In this document: positions 47,650 to 58,542 of the stretch, piece by piece
Numbering within the stretch: the first letter of the stretch is position 1
Layout of the letters: each line of letters opens with the position of its first letter
Assembly: GCA_973895155.1 (NCBI GenBank)
Contig: OZ316892.1
Span: 293,746 to 357,745 of the forward strand
Direction: 5' to 3'
Length of the DNA: 64,000 bases
Source of the DNA: Marsupella aquatica
Taxonomy: Eukaryota > Plantae > Marchantiophyta
Made by a program: the position numbers and the translations under genes
Notes under the pieces: model-generated
Seen by the model: the letters and a program-made list of their open reading frames with translations, nothing else
The model's database searches: none
Told to the model about the DNA's origin: nothing

Positions 47650-50600
47650 TGTGATGCCTAGACAGGAATCACTCGACCGGTTAAGTGGGTAAAGCAGGAA
47701 GGCACCCTAGGAACACCTTAGTATAGTGACAAAACAAGGAAAATATAAACAATTAGGGGCAACCATGGAACCCGGGCAGAGGCCGGAGGTAAGGCTGAGG
47801 GTGAAAACCCGATTAGGGTTAGGGCGCGTTAAGCGTCGGCGGCTAGGAAGGATCAACGGGAAGAAGGACCGGCAGAGGAGAGGGGTAAGGAGCGCTTGCA
47901 GGAGATGGTGGCTCATTTGCGAGCACGAACTAGGCAGACGACTACGGGAGGCCAACTACTGTCAGCTGCTTAAGCAAGCACTCGGGGAGAGAGTAGATAC
48001 CGACGATCGACCTAAGGAGGGTATGAGCAACGTCAATCAAGCGGCACATTTTTGGGGATGCCTGTTCGAACGGGCAACTGAGTACATCAAGACTTACGAG
48101 GACGAGGAGTCAGAAAGGGCAGCTCGAGAACGGCAGGAGCTCGTTCGATTGTGGGAGCTGCACAAGACGGCTTTCTTAGGAGGCGAACTCATCAAGGACG
48201 AGTTCCTGTGGACGCCTACTTCCAATCAACTCGACGATCTTCTGTTTTGCAAAGACAGCGTCGTCGGCATCCGAGAGGCCATCAAGAACTGCAACGACAT
48301 ACACTGGGAATTAAAGGGTAGCACGGAAAGGTGGACCCGGGCAACGGTGCTAGGAGAAACCTCCACGGCAGCAGAGATGAAGAGGAAGGGAGCCGTCAAC
48401 GATGAAGCCACCCCGGCAAAAAGAACGAGGTCGGCGGCACCAAAGAAGCCAGCCGAGCAGCAGAGCAGGAGGCAGGGAGAAGCCGAAGAGGAGGAGGTCG
48501 ATCCCATCAAGGCCATTCCAACCAGGGATGACACTTGGAAGGGCTGGGCGGCAACCCTACCGGTGGAGGTGCAACTACATTTTGCACGGGAGGAGGATGC
48601 ATGCTTTACGGCCATGCAGACCAAGAAGTACCAAGGCTTCATGGCCGGATCCGGCTTGGAGGCCTTTGTAAGATTACCATGGCTGAAGCCGGAGGTACCG
48701 GAATCAGACCTATTAGAATTCGTGGGGTCATGGGAACCCGAGACCAATTGCACGAGGATATATGGGAAGGATTTCTATCTTACTCCCAAGGTAATTGCCG
48801 AAGTGTTTGGCTTGCCGATGGGCAATAAGACCAAAGTTGATACCAGGAAGACCTTGCCTGACAAGGAGTTCCGGTCGTTCCCCGGGCCATCAACGAAGAA
48901 TGGCTTCTTCCGGAACACCTGCACCAACCCGCACATAGGAGAGATGATCGACTTCTTGCGGGTGACCATGCATTGTAACTTGCCGAGGGCAGAGATCGGC
49001 AAGGCACAGGTCTATCTGGCAGAAAGGCCAGACCCAAGCCGGGACTACAACGGGTACCTCCTCAACCAATTGAAGAAGATCTTAAAGGAGGAGCAGCAGG
49101 TAATCGGCATGGGGAGCGTGTCGCGGCTTGGCTATCACATGCCGCTGTTGTGCCGGTATGCCAGAGGTCAGACTTTTGCCCCGGTACTTCCCCTGCAGGT
49201 AAGGGCACCCGAGGAAGCTCCAACACCGAGGCCGTTGGCTGAGAAGCCTCCACCACCTGTTAGTCCTACGATCGAGCAGGTGTTTAGCCCCAGGAAGGAA
49301 GACTTGCCGATGCAGCAACCAGGCATGTAGAGTCTGCTGAAACTACTGGAGAAAGAAAAGAAATCGGCATCGGCAACAACAACAACAACGGCAACGGCAA
49401 CAATGCAGGACACTACTACAGAGGTAGGCCTACACCGGCTCACAAGAGAAAACCCCTTTGCTGGAGACAAGGAGAGAATCAGGCCGGAATCCAAGCCAGG
49501 TGTTCGAATGTACGTGGGAACCTCAAGCTCCGAATCTGAGGCAGAATTGCCTGAAGCTCCTACCGACAAAGAGGAGAGGGAGAAGCCGGACGTCCAAGAA
49601 GTAGAGGAGGCAGTGGAGGACTGCAGCCATGATAATTCCGGCTATGGGTCGGACCATCACGTTCCAGGAGTAAGGACCTGTGGCCGGTTTGTCCCCACAC
49701 TTCCAAGGGTAGTGCGAGGGGACCCCAACCAGCAGAGTAGCCCTGAGTCTCCCCCACCAGATGTTGCTCCCCCGAGCTTCGACGGCATAAAACAGATGGT
49801 GCAGGAATTTCAGGAGCGAATCAAGCAGGAGGAAGAGGCCGCCCTGGCTAAGGAAAAGGATTTACCAGGAGGAGATTGGCCGGAGGACATCAGGCGGCTA
49901 GCCGAAAAAGGAAGCAAACCTCTAGCCACGATTGAAGAGATCCGCAGGACGGCGTGGGAGCAGAGGCCACGATGGGCGATGCCGATCACTTCTACTTACT
50001 CCACCTACGCTAAGAATAGAGCCATGGAGTATGGTGAGATGTGTGGGGAACTTGCGCTCGGCATCTTTGGAGAGGAGTTGGAGGTAGGACCCTTTTTCCA
50101 TAGGGAGCAGTTGGAGAAGCACCAATTAGAAGAAGCGGTGGCTTTAGAGAGAAGCAAGAAGGACGAGGTCATTCGGCGGCTTAGGAGGATGGGAGCCGAG
50201 ATTGAAGATCTAAGGGCGGCCAAGAAAGCCCAAGATGAACTGCGGATTAAACGACATGAGCTGAACATCATGCAGGGGCAGTTGGACGCCGCGCAGGCTG
50301 ATAATCAGAATATCAAGGATAAACTGACTCAGACGCAGGAAGAGTTGGCCGACACGATCAAAGAGAGGGAGAAGTGGAAGCAAGAGCTGAAGAATACAGA
50401 GGAGGCCCACATAACAGCCAACAGCCGGGCCATGGCGGAGACCCAAAGAAAGGAATGGGCGTTGAAAGGGGAGCTCGAGAAAATCCGCGGAGCCCTTGAG
50501 CAGAAGGAGGTCGAGTTAGGGAAATCCTATCAAGGGATTATGGCGCTGCAGCAGGAGCTTGCGTCCCTGACGGCCAGCTTCAAGGCCGACCTAAGGGAGA

Positions 50601-52306
50601 AGGACGAGATGCTCGAACAGACTTACGCCAAGATGAACCAGATGGAGTCTGTCATCATTGCAGAGCTCGACAAGGAGCTAAGAGCAACCCAGGAGGAGAG
50701 GGCTACCTTGAAGAAGGAATTGGAGGTAGCCCACAGGGAGCAGGAGGAGGCCAAAAACGAGCTGGAGGGGGCACGTAAGGACCTGGATGAAACCCAAGAG
50801 GAGTTGGAGGAAATCACGAGGAAGATGGAGAACCTACAGCGGCGGGCCGACAACCAAACAGAGCGGCTGAAGAAACAAGCCACAGTATTTAAATGCTTAG
50901 CCGCAGCAGGTCCATCTCCCGTTGGGACAAACCAGTTACCAGGGGTGGTAATTGCCGAAGGACAAGCCGCGTCAACTGCACCAGTGCCGAAAGTAAGTGG
51001 GAAGGGGAAGGGACCAGCTGCCGAGCCACCAACGAAGAAGAAGCGGAAACCTCCAGGGTCAAGGAGTAATACGACTTCACAGGCCGTGGTGATCAAGGAG
51101 GTAGACCCAGCACCGACCCTAGACAGGGTCACGGCTAAGGATCCAACTACCCTAGGGGAAGGGGAGGCCGAAGCCGAGGGAGTGGCTGAAGCCGAAGCCG
51201 TGGGAGTGGCTGAGGCCGAAGCCGTGGGTATTGCCGAGGCCGGTGTCGAGGCTGAAGCCGAAGGTGGACCCAGTCAGGCCGATGGAGAGTTGACTCGGTC
51301 AAGGGCAGGTAATCTGTCAGTAGGCGGGCCAACGGCAGTGGCTGAGGAGGAAGTGTTGGGGGCGTCCATTGAGGATCCACCACCGGTGTCGTGACGGTGC
51401 AAGGGCACCGTTCCTTTTAGGGAAGGCGGACGTGGAGGGAGGAGGCGTGAGTGGGCAGGGCGGGCGCGGATCTCCACGTTTAGGATTAGGATCAGAACCA
51501 GGAGCGGCCCTGACACTTAGCTTAGTGGGATTGCGGTCCCACTGGTAGGAGCAACACTTGTGCTCCTGCCTTGCTGTACATAGGTAGATTCGGGCAAGTA
51601 GATTACTGTTAAGTAGATTAGGCTTACGATGCAAAGAATGGCGGATCCACTACCAGGACAAGTACCTGGGCAGCGGGGAGCTCAGGGCCTCTTCTTTAGC
51701 AAGTTTTTAGTTTGCACCAGCCGGGCTGGGATCAAGTAGTACGAGAAGCTCTCGGTTAGTCATACAGTGACCCTTGTGTATATTCATGTTTCCTCATGCC
51801 TAAGAGCTGAATAGAGTTGGCCTCACAGCTTAGTTCGCAGAACTTGTGTATGAGATGTACTGTTTGTATGGCAAGTGCATGGTATGACTCAGTCAGAATG
51901 AGTCATTTTGCTATTTGTGTGTCGCATTAACTTGTGTGAAGAGTGCCCACATCAACAGAAGGAAGGAAAGTAAGCAGGGGAGTGAGAGTTGGATGTGTCG
52001 AGCTGAGAGAGGTCTTAGCGGCTTAACCAAGCCTATTGGGGATCATTCCGGCGGCGGAATCCAAACATACCTAACAGGAAGACAGGGGAAGACAGAGGAA
52101 GGCCTATATTAGGCCGGCTACGTATCTCATGACCCGATGAAGGATCTGTCCAGTATATGTGTGTAAAATGTTAATAGTAGTAGTAGAAGGTTAGCAGCGT
52201 CCCATGCCGCTAAGCCGCGGAAACGGCCTCGCCAAGCACGAAACCTGCGGGAATCGGCTTGAGCTGGGGGGTTTCTTGGGTTTAGGGAGCCATGGGACGC
52301 ACCACA
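47650..52306 (+). repeat. 5' LTR of family A copy 2 (4657 bp)
   Basis: TGTGATGCC...GCACCACA followed by the PBS. Confidence 0.95.
47765..51394 (+). pseudogene. LTR-encoded protein, CAG>TAG stop at 49328-49330
   Basis: ORFs 47726..49330 and 49403..51394 are the same-frame halves of the 7673..11302 protein. Confidence 0.88.
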
Positions 52307-52310
52307 TTTT

Positions 52311-52328
52311 TGGCGCTAGATGGAGGGG
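52311..52328 (+). promoter_or_regulatory. Primer-binding site, tRNA-Asn type
   Basis: TGGCGCTAGATGGAGGGG lies 4 nt downstream of the LTR end. Confidence 0.75.
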
Positions 52329-52375
52329 GCATTTCTTAAGCCGTGAGATATGAAGTTAGAACGGAAGCGTAGGTA

Positions 52376-55369
52376 ATGACTGACCTTACGCCGAGGGAAG
52401 AAAGAGTGATTCAACGGGAGAGAGCTCGACTGCAGCAGCTCGCCGGGTGGCATGATACACAGCGACTGAGAGGGGCAGAAAGAGCTGGTAGCTCCGAAAC
52501 TGGAAGTGGCGTCGAAGAAGACATACCAGAAGAAGAGTCGGTAAGGAGAAGTGAGTCTCCAACCGACATGGGGGAACCAGAGGCACGGCCAGACGAGAGG
52601 CCAGGGACCAGATTGAGCCAGCGGTCGTGCATACATTACAAAGCATTTCATGGGAGAGGAGATGAGGATCCGGACGAATGGTTGGATGATTTCGAGGGAA
52701 CCGCTGCAGCAAATGGAGAATCGGCCATCAAGATGCAGATTCTTCCCGGCCTGTTCAAGGGTGAGGCTAGGCCTTGGTACAGAGCATTAGATGTGGAAGA
52801 TCAAGCCATCTGGGATATCTTCAAAACACTCTTTGTTAAGGAGTTTCGACCCATTGGAACTTCAGAACTAGCAGTGCTGAAGTTGGGACAACTTCGGTTC
52901 AAGGAGAACAAATCCTTCAGGAAGTTCTTGCAACGCTTTCAGAAACTGGTAAGACGTACAAAGACCAATGCATCTGAAGGTATGCAACTTCAATGGTTGG
53001 TGAATGCTTTGCCACAGAAGATGAGTTTTGCAATTAGGAAGGAGAACCCGGAGACTTTAGCCGAAGCAATTAAGGATATTCAATTATACATTAATGCAGA
53101 TATCACAAGCCGGAAGAAACAGCTTAAGTCTGAGAGTTCCTCATCAGAGGAAGGATCAACCCATAAGAAAAACGATAAGAAAAAGAAACATTCTAAGAAG
53201 TCAAGAAGTGATAACTCAAGCTCGGATAGTGGGAGTAGCAAGAGTGAGTCATCTTCTAGTTCTGAAGAAGAAAAAACTAGGAAAAGGAAGGGCAGAAGGA
53301 GAGGGAAGACGAAAGTCAAGATGGAGGCTAAGCCACCAGATAACATCGTAGCCCTTACCGAGCAACTTAAGGCTAACATTGCAGAGGTAAAACCAAAGAA
53401 GAAGGTAGTACAGGAGGATAGCTCTGTATGGTGTGCCTTATGTTATAAAACCGGACACCATAAAGATGCGTGTCCTAAGCTTAATACTAATCATGTTCGG
53501 CATGTGGCCGAGATCAGACCATGTCAGGGAGAAGTAGAGTACTTTTTGGGAGATGCCGCTGATAGTGTTTTCGGCATCAGTGAGACTGGAGCACGAGACC
53601 TATCCAACAGACCTGCATCTCTGTGGTCAGGATTAAGGAACAATCCAGGAGAGATGTATCCTCGGATTATTCAGAACCCGTCAGTACCTCCTAGGCCGAA
53701 TGTGCAAAGATTTGTGGCGTGCTATAATTGTGGTCAACCTGGCCATTTTGCTAGAGAATGCCCGAATGCACGCAAACAGGGTGATGGACAACCAGCTCAG
53801 CTATGTATGGGATGCCGACAGGAAGGTCATATGCTAGGGCAATGTCCTACTTGGTTGGCAGGCCTGGCCGCAAATCATAAGCTTTTGCCGATCAAGATCT
53901 TACCGCCAGGTACTACCCCCGGAGGAGTTCAAATCAACCACATCGAACTAGGATGGCAAGAGGATGCCGAGGCAGAGTTCGTACCATCTGATGATGAGGC
54001 CGAAGCCCTATCAACCTTCTCAGAGGAGGATTTAGATCATGATTGCTACCGGGTCTCTACTCGATCTACCAGAAGGAAGGAAAGGTGGGATGGGCTGGCC
54101 AAAAATAAAGGGAAGGTTACGGAGGAAAGGATCGACTCTTCGTCAACATCAACAGAAGGAGAAGGGAGGGCTCCGGCAATACAGGTAAGCCATGAGCCCA
54201 CCAGTGAAACCAATCCTTCACAAGATAGCGACTTCAATCGAGATCATCCTAAGTTGTTCTACCCCTCTGTTACGGCTAGTGTTAAGGAACAACTAAGAGA
54301 ATTAGAAACCCTGGAGAATACCGAAGCCATTGCCAAGGATGTAAAACGAGCAAAAGCATTGTTTGCTTCGGAAGACCCAACAGCTGTGGAGACTAGCGTG
54401 GCAAAACTGGCCGAATCCAAGACGGAAACACCACCAGAAGAGAAGCCGATTGTTCCCTATGACCTGGCTAAAGATGTACTAGAATCTAGAGTCTCGGCAA
54501 CAGTAGGTCAACTATTGAAAAATAGCCCGTACTTCCGGAAGCAATTAAGGAAGGCTATTCTCGGCAAGCCGAGATTACCCAAGGTAGCAACCAGATCCGA
54601 CGTACTAATGATAGAAGAAGATCAAGGAGCCCCAGCATTACCATTAATGATTCAAGGAGAATTATTACTACGGGTACCCATCGATGGAGGATCAGGGGTA
54701 TGTATTATGATTGATTCAACAGCAAAAGGGTGGGGTCTAACACCGGAGATGACTGGAAGAGTCTTGAACATGGCCAATGGATATCAGGTCATTCCGACGG
54801 GAGTGTTAACCGGCATCAAGACAGAGATAGGAGGTATCTTCTTTAGCATTAACTATGTAGTAATGAAGCCGGTAAATCCTACGTCATTCCGGCTATTGAT
54901 TGGTAGGCCATGGCTGTACCTAGCCGAGGTAATAGAAGATTGGGGTAAAAAGCAGTTCACTTTCGGGACCCCCTCTATCACGGTATCCTGGGACACTAAG
55001 GATGACCGTAGGAAAAGCATAAGGGAAGTAGATGGGTACGATAGTGGACTGGAGTCAGCCGATGAAGTACGTTGGTTAGAATGCCTCACTAACCTAACCG
55101 AAGAAGGTGTCTTTGGACCAGAGGTACCCCCCAGCGGATTATGGCAAGAACCAATGGAAGGTGACTTGGAAGAAGAAGACGAAGAGGTCGAGGACTGCTT
55201 TACAATAGAATCCACCTTTTTAGCTGCAATTCCGGAGGAAGTTAAGGATGTAGACCAATTGGATGAAACGGCTAAGTGGGGAGCAGTAGCAGGGACAGTG
55301 GATTTTCTGCAGGCGTTGTGGCAGAGCCGACGGGGTCCACAACGCCATCGATCATTGACAAGGAATTAA
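52376..55369 (+). CDS. gag: gag-protease polyprotein (997 aa, intact)
   Basis: FHGRGDEDPDEWLDDF, three CCHC knuckles, IDGGSG, LLIGRPWL. Confidence 0.93.
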   Translation: MTDLTPREERVIQRERARLQQLAGWHDTQRLRGAERAGSSETGSGVEEDIPEEESVRRSESPTDMGEPEARPDERPGTRLSQRSCIHYKAFHGRGDEDPDEWLDDFEGTAAANGESAIKMQILPGLFKGEARPWYRALDVEDQAIWDIFKTLFVKEFRPIGTSELAVLKLGQLRFKENKSFRKFLQRFQKLVRRTKTNASEGMQLQWLVNALPQKMSFAIRKENPETLAEAIKDIQLYINADITSRKKQLKSESSSSEEGSTHKKNDKKKKHSKKSRSDNSSSDSGSSKSESSSSSEEEKTRKRKGRRRGKTKVKMEAKPPDNIVALTEQLKANIAEVKPKKKVVQEDSSVWCALCYKTGHHKDACPKLNTNHVRHVAEIRPCQGEVEYFLGDAADSVFGISETGARDLSNRPASLWSGLRNNPGEMYPRIIQNPSVPPRPNVQRFVACYNCGQPGHFARECPNARKQGDGQPAQLCMGCRQEGHMLGQCPTWLAGLAANHKLLPIKILPPGTTPGGVQINHIELGWQEDAEAEFVPSDDEAEALSTFSEEDLDHDCYRVSTRSTRRKERWDGLAKNKGKVTEERIDSSSTSTEGEGRAPAIQVSHEPTSETNPSQDSDFNRDHPKLFYPSVTASVKEQLRELETLENTEAIAKDVKRAKALFASEDPTAVETSVAKLAESKTETPPEEKPIVPYDLAKDVLESRVSATVGQLLKNSPYFRKQLRKAILGKPRLPKVATRSDVLMIEEDQGAPALPLMIQGELLLRVPIDGGSGVCIMIDSTAKGWGLTPEMTGRVLNMANGYQVIPTGVLTGIKTEIGGIFFSINYVVMKPVNPTSFRLLIGRPWLYLAEVIEDWGKKQFTFGTPSITVSWDTKDDRRKSIREVDGYDSGLESADEVRWLECLTNLTEEGVFGPEVPPSGLWQEPMEGDLEEEDEEVEDCFTIESTFLAAIPEEVKDVDQLDETAKWGAVAGTVDFLQALWQSRRGPQRHRSLTRN

Positions 55370-58300
55370 ATACCAAGGGATCGGCATACAAGCCGATTAC
55401 GAGGGCAGAACAAATTGAGGCCCTATTAGAAGCCGAGAGAGCACAGCGGCCTAACTCTCAGGAGCAAGAGGTGGATGAGATGGACAGACACGATCTAGAG
55501 CCAAGGCAGGAAGGGGAGCCGACCACTAATTCAAAACCAAATAGACCGGTAAGGGGACAATCTATGGACACCAAGGAAGGGACCGACTCGGCTAGTCCAG
55601 CCGAGATCCCAGTTTATGGAGGTATGAGATTAGAGAGACTGGAAGCCGAACTGGACCCGAATTTGAAGAAGCAGATTAATATGATCCAAGCACGGCAATA
55701 TCGGAAGCTCGACTTAGGAGAGGGAAGAGAACTGAACTTAGGGAGAAACCTAGCACCTGAGCTCGAGAAAGAGATCAGTGACTTATTGATTGAATTTCAG
55801 GATGTGTTTGCATGGAGTCACCAAGATCTAAAGGGAGTAGATCCAACACTAGGGGAACATCGAATTGATCTCATGTTAGGAGCCAAATCATTTCGACAAC
55901 CAATTCGAAGGATGAACCCGAAGTATTCCCTGCTGGTCAAAACAGAAATCGACAAACTAGTGGAAGCTGGATTCATCACTCTAGTCCTGCATTCAGACTG
56001 GGTGTCTCCAATTGTGATAGTTCCCAAGAAAGCTGGACCCGATGGTAAACCCAAGATCCGGGTTTGTCAGGATTACAGGAAGCTGAATGAAGCAACATTA
56101 AAAGACCATTTTCCTTTACCGTTTACTGATATGGTACTAGACATGGTAGCCAGTCATGAACTATATTCATTCATGGATGGATACTCTGGTTATAACCAAA
56201 TCAGGATTCGGCAGGAAGACCAAATCAAGACGGCCTTCATCACGGAATGGGGGATCTATGTCTTCAATCGTATGCCGTTTGGACTCTGCAACGCACCAGC
56301 TATGTTCCAACGATTAATGGTGAACATTTTTCATGATTACTTGAGAAAGTTCATGGAAATCTTCATTGATGACTTTGCAGTATTCGGGAAGGCATCGAAA
56401 CATGCTAAATACCTCAGGAAAACCTTCATGAGATGTAGAGAGGTGGGTCTCAAGTTACACCCAGATAAATGTTTTTTTGCAGTAACCGAGGGGGTGCTAC
56501 TAGGTCACAAGGTATCAAGGAAGGGCATTGAGATTGACAAAGGTAAGCTAGCAGTATGGCTAGATATCATGCAACCTAAGAACATAAAGGATGTAAGATC
56601 CTTCTTGGGATGCATTGGTTACTATCGCCGGTTCATCAAGGATTTTGCCAAGCTAGCTTTACCATTAACCAATATGCTCAAGGCAGGAGCAGACTTCGAA
56701 CCCACACCCGAACGAGTCACAGCGGTGGTAGAATTGAAGCAGATGTTAGTAGAGGCCCCAGTCATGATAGCACCGGACTGGAACAAAGATTTTCATGTTT
56801 TTGTAGATGTCTCGGGCTTCTGTATTGGCTCAGTACTAAGTCAGTTGGATGAGAAAGGAAGGGACCATCCCATATACTTCGCAAGCCGTCAGCTTGCCGA
56901 TGCCGAACGGAACTACTCTACCACGGAAAGAGAAGCATTAGGAGTCATTTATTCTTGTAAAAAGTTTAGGCATTATTTACTAGGGTACAAGGTAATCTTT
57001 CATACTGATCATGAAAGTTTGAAGTACCTAGTCAATAAGCCGGACCTTACAGGCAGAGTAGCAAGATGGATTTTGCTATTACAGGAGTTTGACTATGAGC
57101 TGAGGATCAAGCCGGGAAAGTTACATGCCAATGCCGACTTCTTTTCAAGGATCACAGGTAAACCTGCCACGGATTGCATCGATGATCGATTCCCCGACGA
57201 GGAGCTATTCGTTGTGGAAATAGCTGGTACATGGTACCCTGAGATTTTACAATTTCTCAGCACTTCCAGATTACAGCCAGGATTAAGCCGAGAGCAAGCC
57301 GCAGTCTTTGTGCGGAAGGTCAGACAGTATCAGTGCATTAAAGGCATACTGCACAAGCATGGAATCAACGGCACGATTCAAAGGTGTTTGGAAAAGAGAG
57401 AGGTAAAACAAGTCCTACGGGCCATGCATGGAGAGGAGGCCGGAGGACATTTTGCCCCAGTAACCACGTCTAAGAAGATATTAAATGCCGGTTATTGGTG
57501 GCCCACCTTGCACAAAGATGTCTATCAGTTTATCAAACAATGCGATCCTTGTCAACGAGCGGGAGGACCAAGGGCGTCCACCAGGCATCCACTGCACCCT
57601 ATTCTACCTCTGGCACCATTCGAGAAGTGGGGTATTGATTACATTGGACCTCTGAAACCACTGACCCACCCTCGACGGAACAAGTACATAATCCTGGCTA
57701 CGGATTATGCAACTAAATGGGTAGAGGCCAGACCAACAACGAAGGATGATGCAATTACTACGGCTAGATTCATGTATGAGCAGATCTTCACCAGGTATGG
57801 AGCACCCCTAGAATTAGTTAGTGATAGAGGAACCCATTTTTTGAATGATATAATTAGTCGTTTAAATGAGCAGTATTTAGTTAAACATAGGCCTACTACT
57901 CCCTACCATCCAAAGGCAAACGGGTTGACAGAACGAGCAAACGGAATCATAGGAAAGATATTGAACAAGACAGTAGCTCAGAACAAACTCGATTGGGATG
58001 ATAAATTGTTTGCTGCTGTTTTTGCTTACAATCTTGCCTATAAATCCACTACCGGTCATACACCCTTCTTCTTAACCTTTGGACAAGAAGCCCTGGTACC
58101 CATGCAACTTGAGATACCAACATTTCAAGTTACAATTGAGGAAAGAGCCTCAGCGGAGGAGAGCCTAAAGGAGCGAGAATATAGGTTAGAAGCTTTAGAG
58201 GAAGCGAGAATGATTTCAGCCGAGAGAGTAGAATATAGACAGAATATCATGAAGCAGCAGTATGATAAAAGGTTAAAAGTAGTTAGTATTCATACCGGTG

Positions 58301-58542
58301 ATCTTGTGCTACTTTATGACAGTAGGTATAGTAGGTTTCCAGGAAAGCTTTACACTCGCTGGTTAGGACCCTTTAGAGTAACCATGATGTTCCCCAATGG
58401 CTCCGTACAATTGGCCAACATTACGGGAGAGGTATATCCAGTTCGCATCCATTATGACCGCCTCAAGAAATACTATATGGACGAAGATGAAGTTGTTCGC
58501 ATGGACGCTTCACAATTAAGTGGGGAACTATGTGATGCCTAG
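55276..58542 (+). CDS. pol: pol: RT-RNase H-integrase (intact; likely reached by frameshift; stop lies 12 nt inside the 3' LTR)
   Basis: All RT/RH/INT motifs are present in an uninterrupted 1088-codon frame. Confidence 0.94.
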   Translation: MGSSSRDSGFSAGVVAEPTGSTTPSIIDKELNTKGSAYKPITRAEQIEALLEAERAQRPNSQEQEVDEMDRHDLEPRQEGEPTTNSKPNRPVRGQSMDTKEGTDSASPAEIPVYGGMRLERLEAELDPNLKKQINMIQARQYRKLDLGEGRELNLGRNLAPELEKEISDLLIEFQDVFAWSHQDLKGVDPTLGEHRIDLMLGAKSFRQPIRRMNPKYSLLVKTEIDKLVEAGFITLVLHSDWVSPIVIVPKKAGPDGKPKIRVCQDYRKLNEATLKDHFPLPFTDMVLDMVASHELYSFMDGYSGYNQIRIRQEDQIKTAFITEWGIYVFNRMPFGLCNAPAMFQRLMVNIFHDYLRKFMEIFIDDFAVFGKASKHAKYLRKTFMRCREVGLKLHPDKCFFAVTEGVLLGHKVSRKGIEIDKGKLAVWLDIMQPKNIKDVRSFLGCIGYYRRFIKDFAKLALPLTNMLKAGADFEPTPERVTAVVELKQMLVEAPVMIAPDWNKDFHVFVDVSGFCIGSVLSQLDEKGRDHPIYFASRQLADAERNYSTTEREALGVIYSCKKFRHYLLGYKVIFHTDHESLKYLVNKPDLTGRVARWILLLQEFDYELRIKPGKLHANADFFSRITGKPATDCIDDRFPDEELFVVEIAGTWYPEILQFLSTSRLQPGLSREQAAVFVRKVRQYQCIKGILHKHGINGTIQRCLEKREVKQVLRAMHGEEAGGHFAPVTTSKKILNAGYWWPTLHKDVYQFIKQCDPCQRAGGPRASTRHPLHPILPLAPFEKWGIDYIGPLKPLTHPRRNKYIILATDYATKWVEARPTTKDDAITTARFMYEQIFTRYGAPLELVSDRGTHFLNDIISRLNEQYLVKHRPTTPYHPKANGLTERANGIIGKILNKTVAQNKLDWDDKLFAAVFAYNLAYKSTTGHTPFFLTFGQEALVPMQLEIPTFQVTIEERASAEESLKEREYRLEALEEARMISAERVEYRQNIMKQQYDKRLKVVSIHTGDLVLLYDSRYSRFPGKLYTRWLGPFRVTMMFPNGSVQLANITGEVYPVRIHYDRLKKYYMDEDEVVRMDASQLSGELCDA
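55300..55346 (+). promoter_or_regulatory. Putative -1 ribosomal frameshift signal
   Basis: G GAT TTT (55300-55306), 5-nt spacer, perfect 10-bp stem 55312-55321 / 55337-55346; pol is in the -1 frame. Confidence 0.72.

Noticed and set aside
52311-52319. The PBS begins TGGCGCTAG, the same as half of the MULE palindrome
   Set aside because: Fully explained by tRNA-Asn complementarity; no dyad is present.
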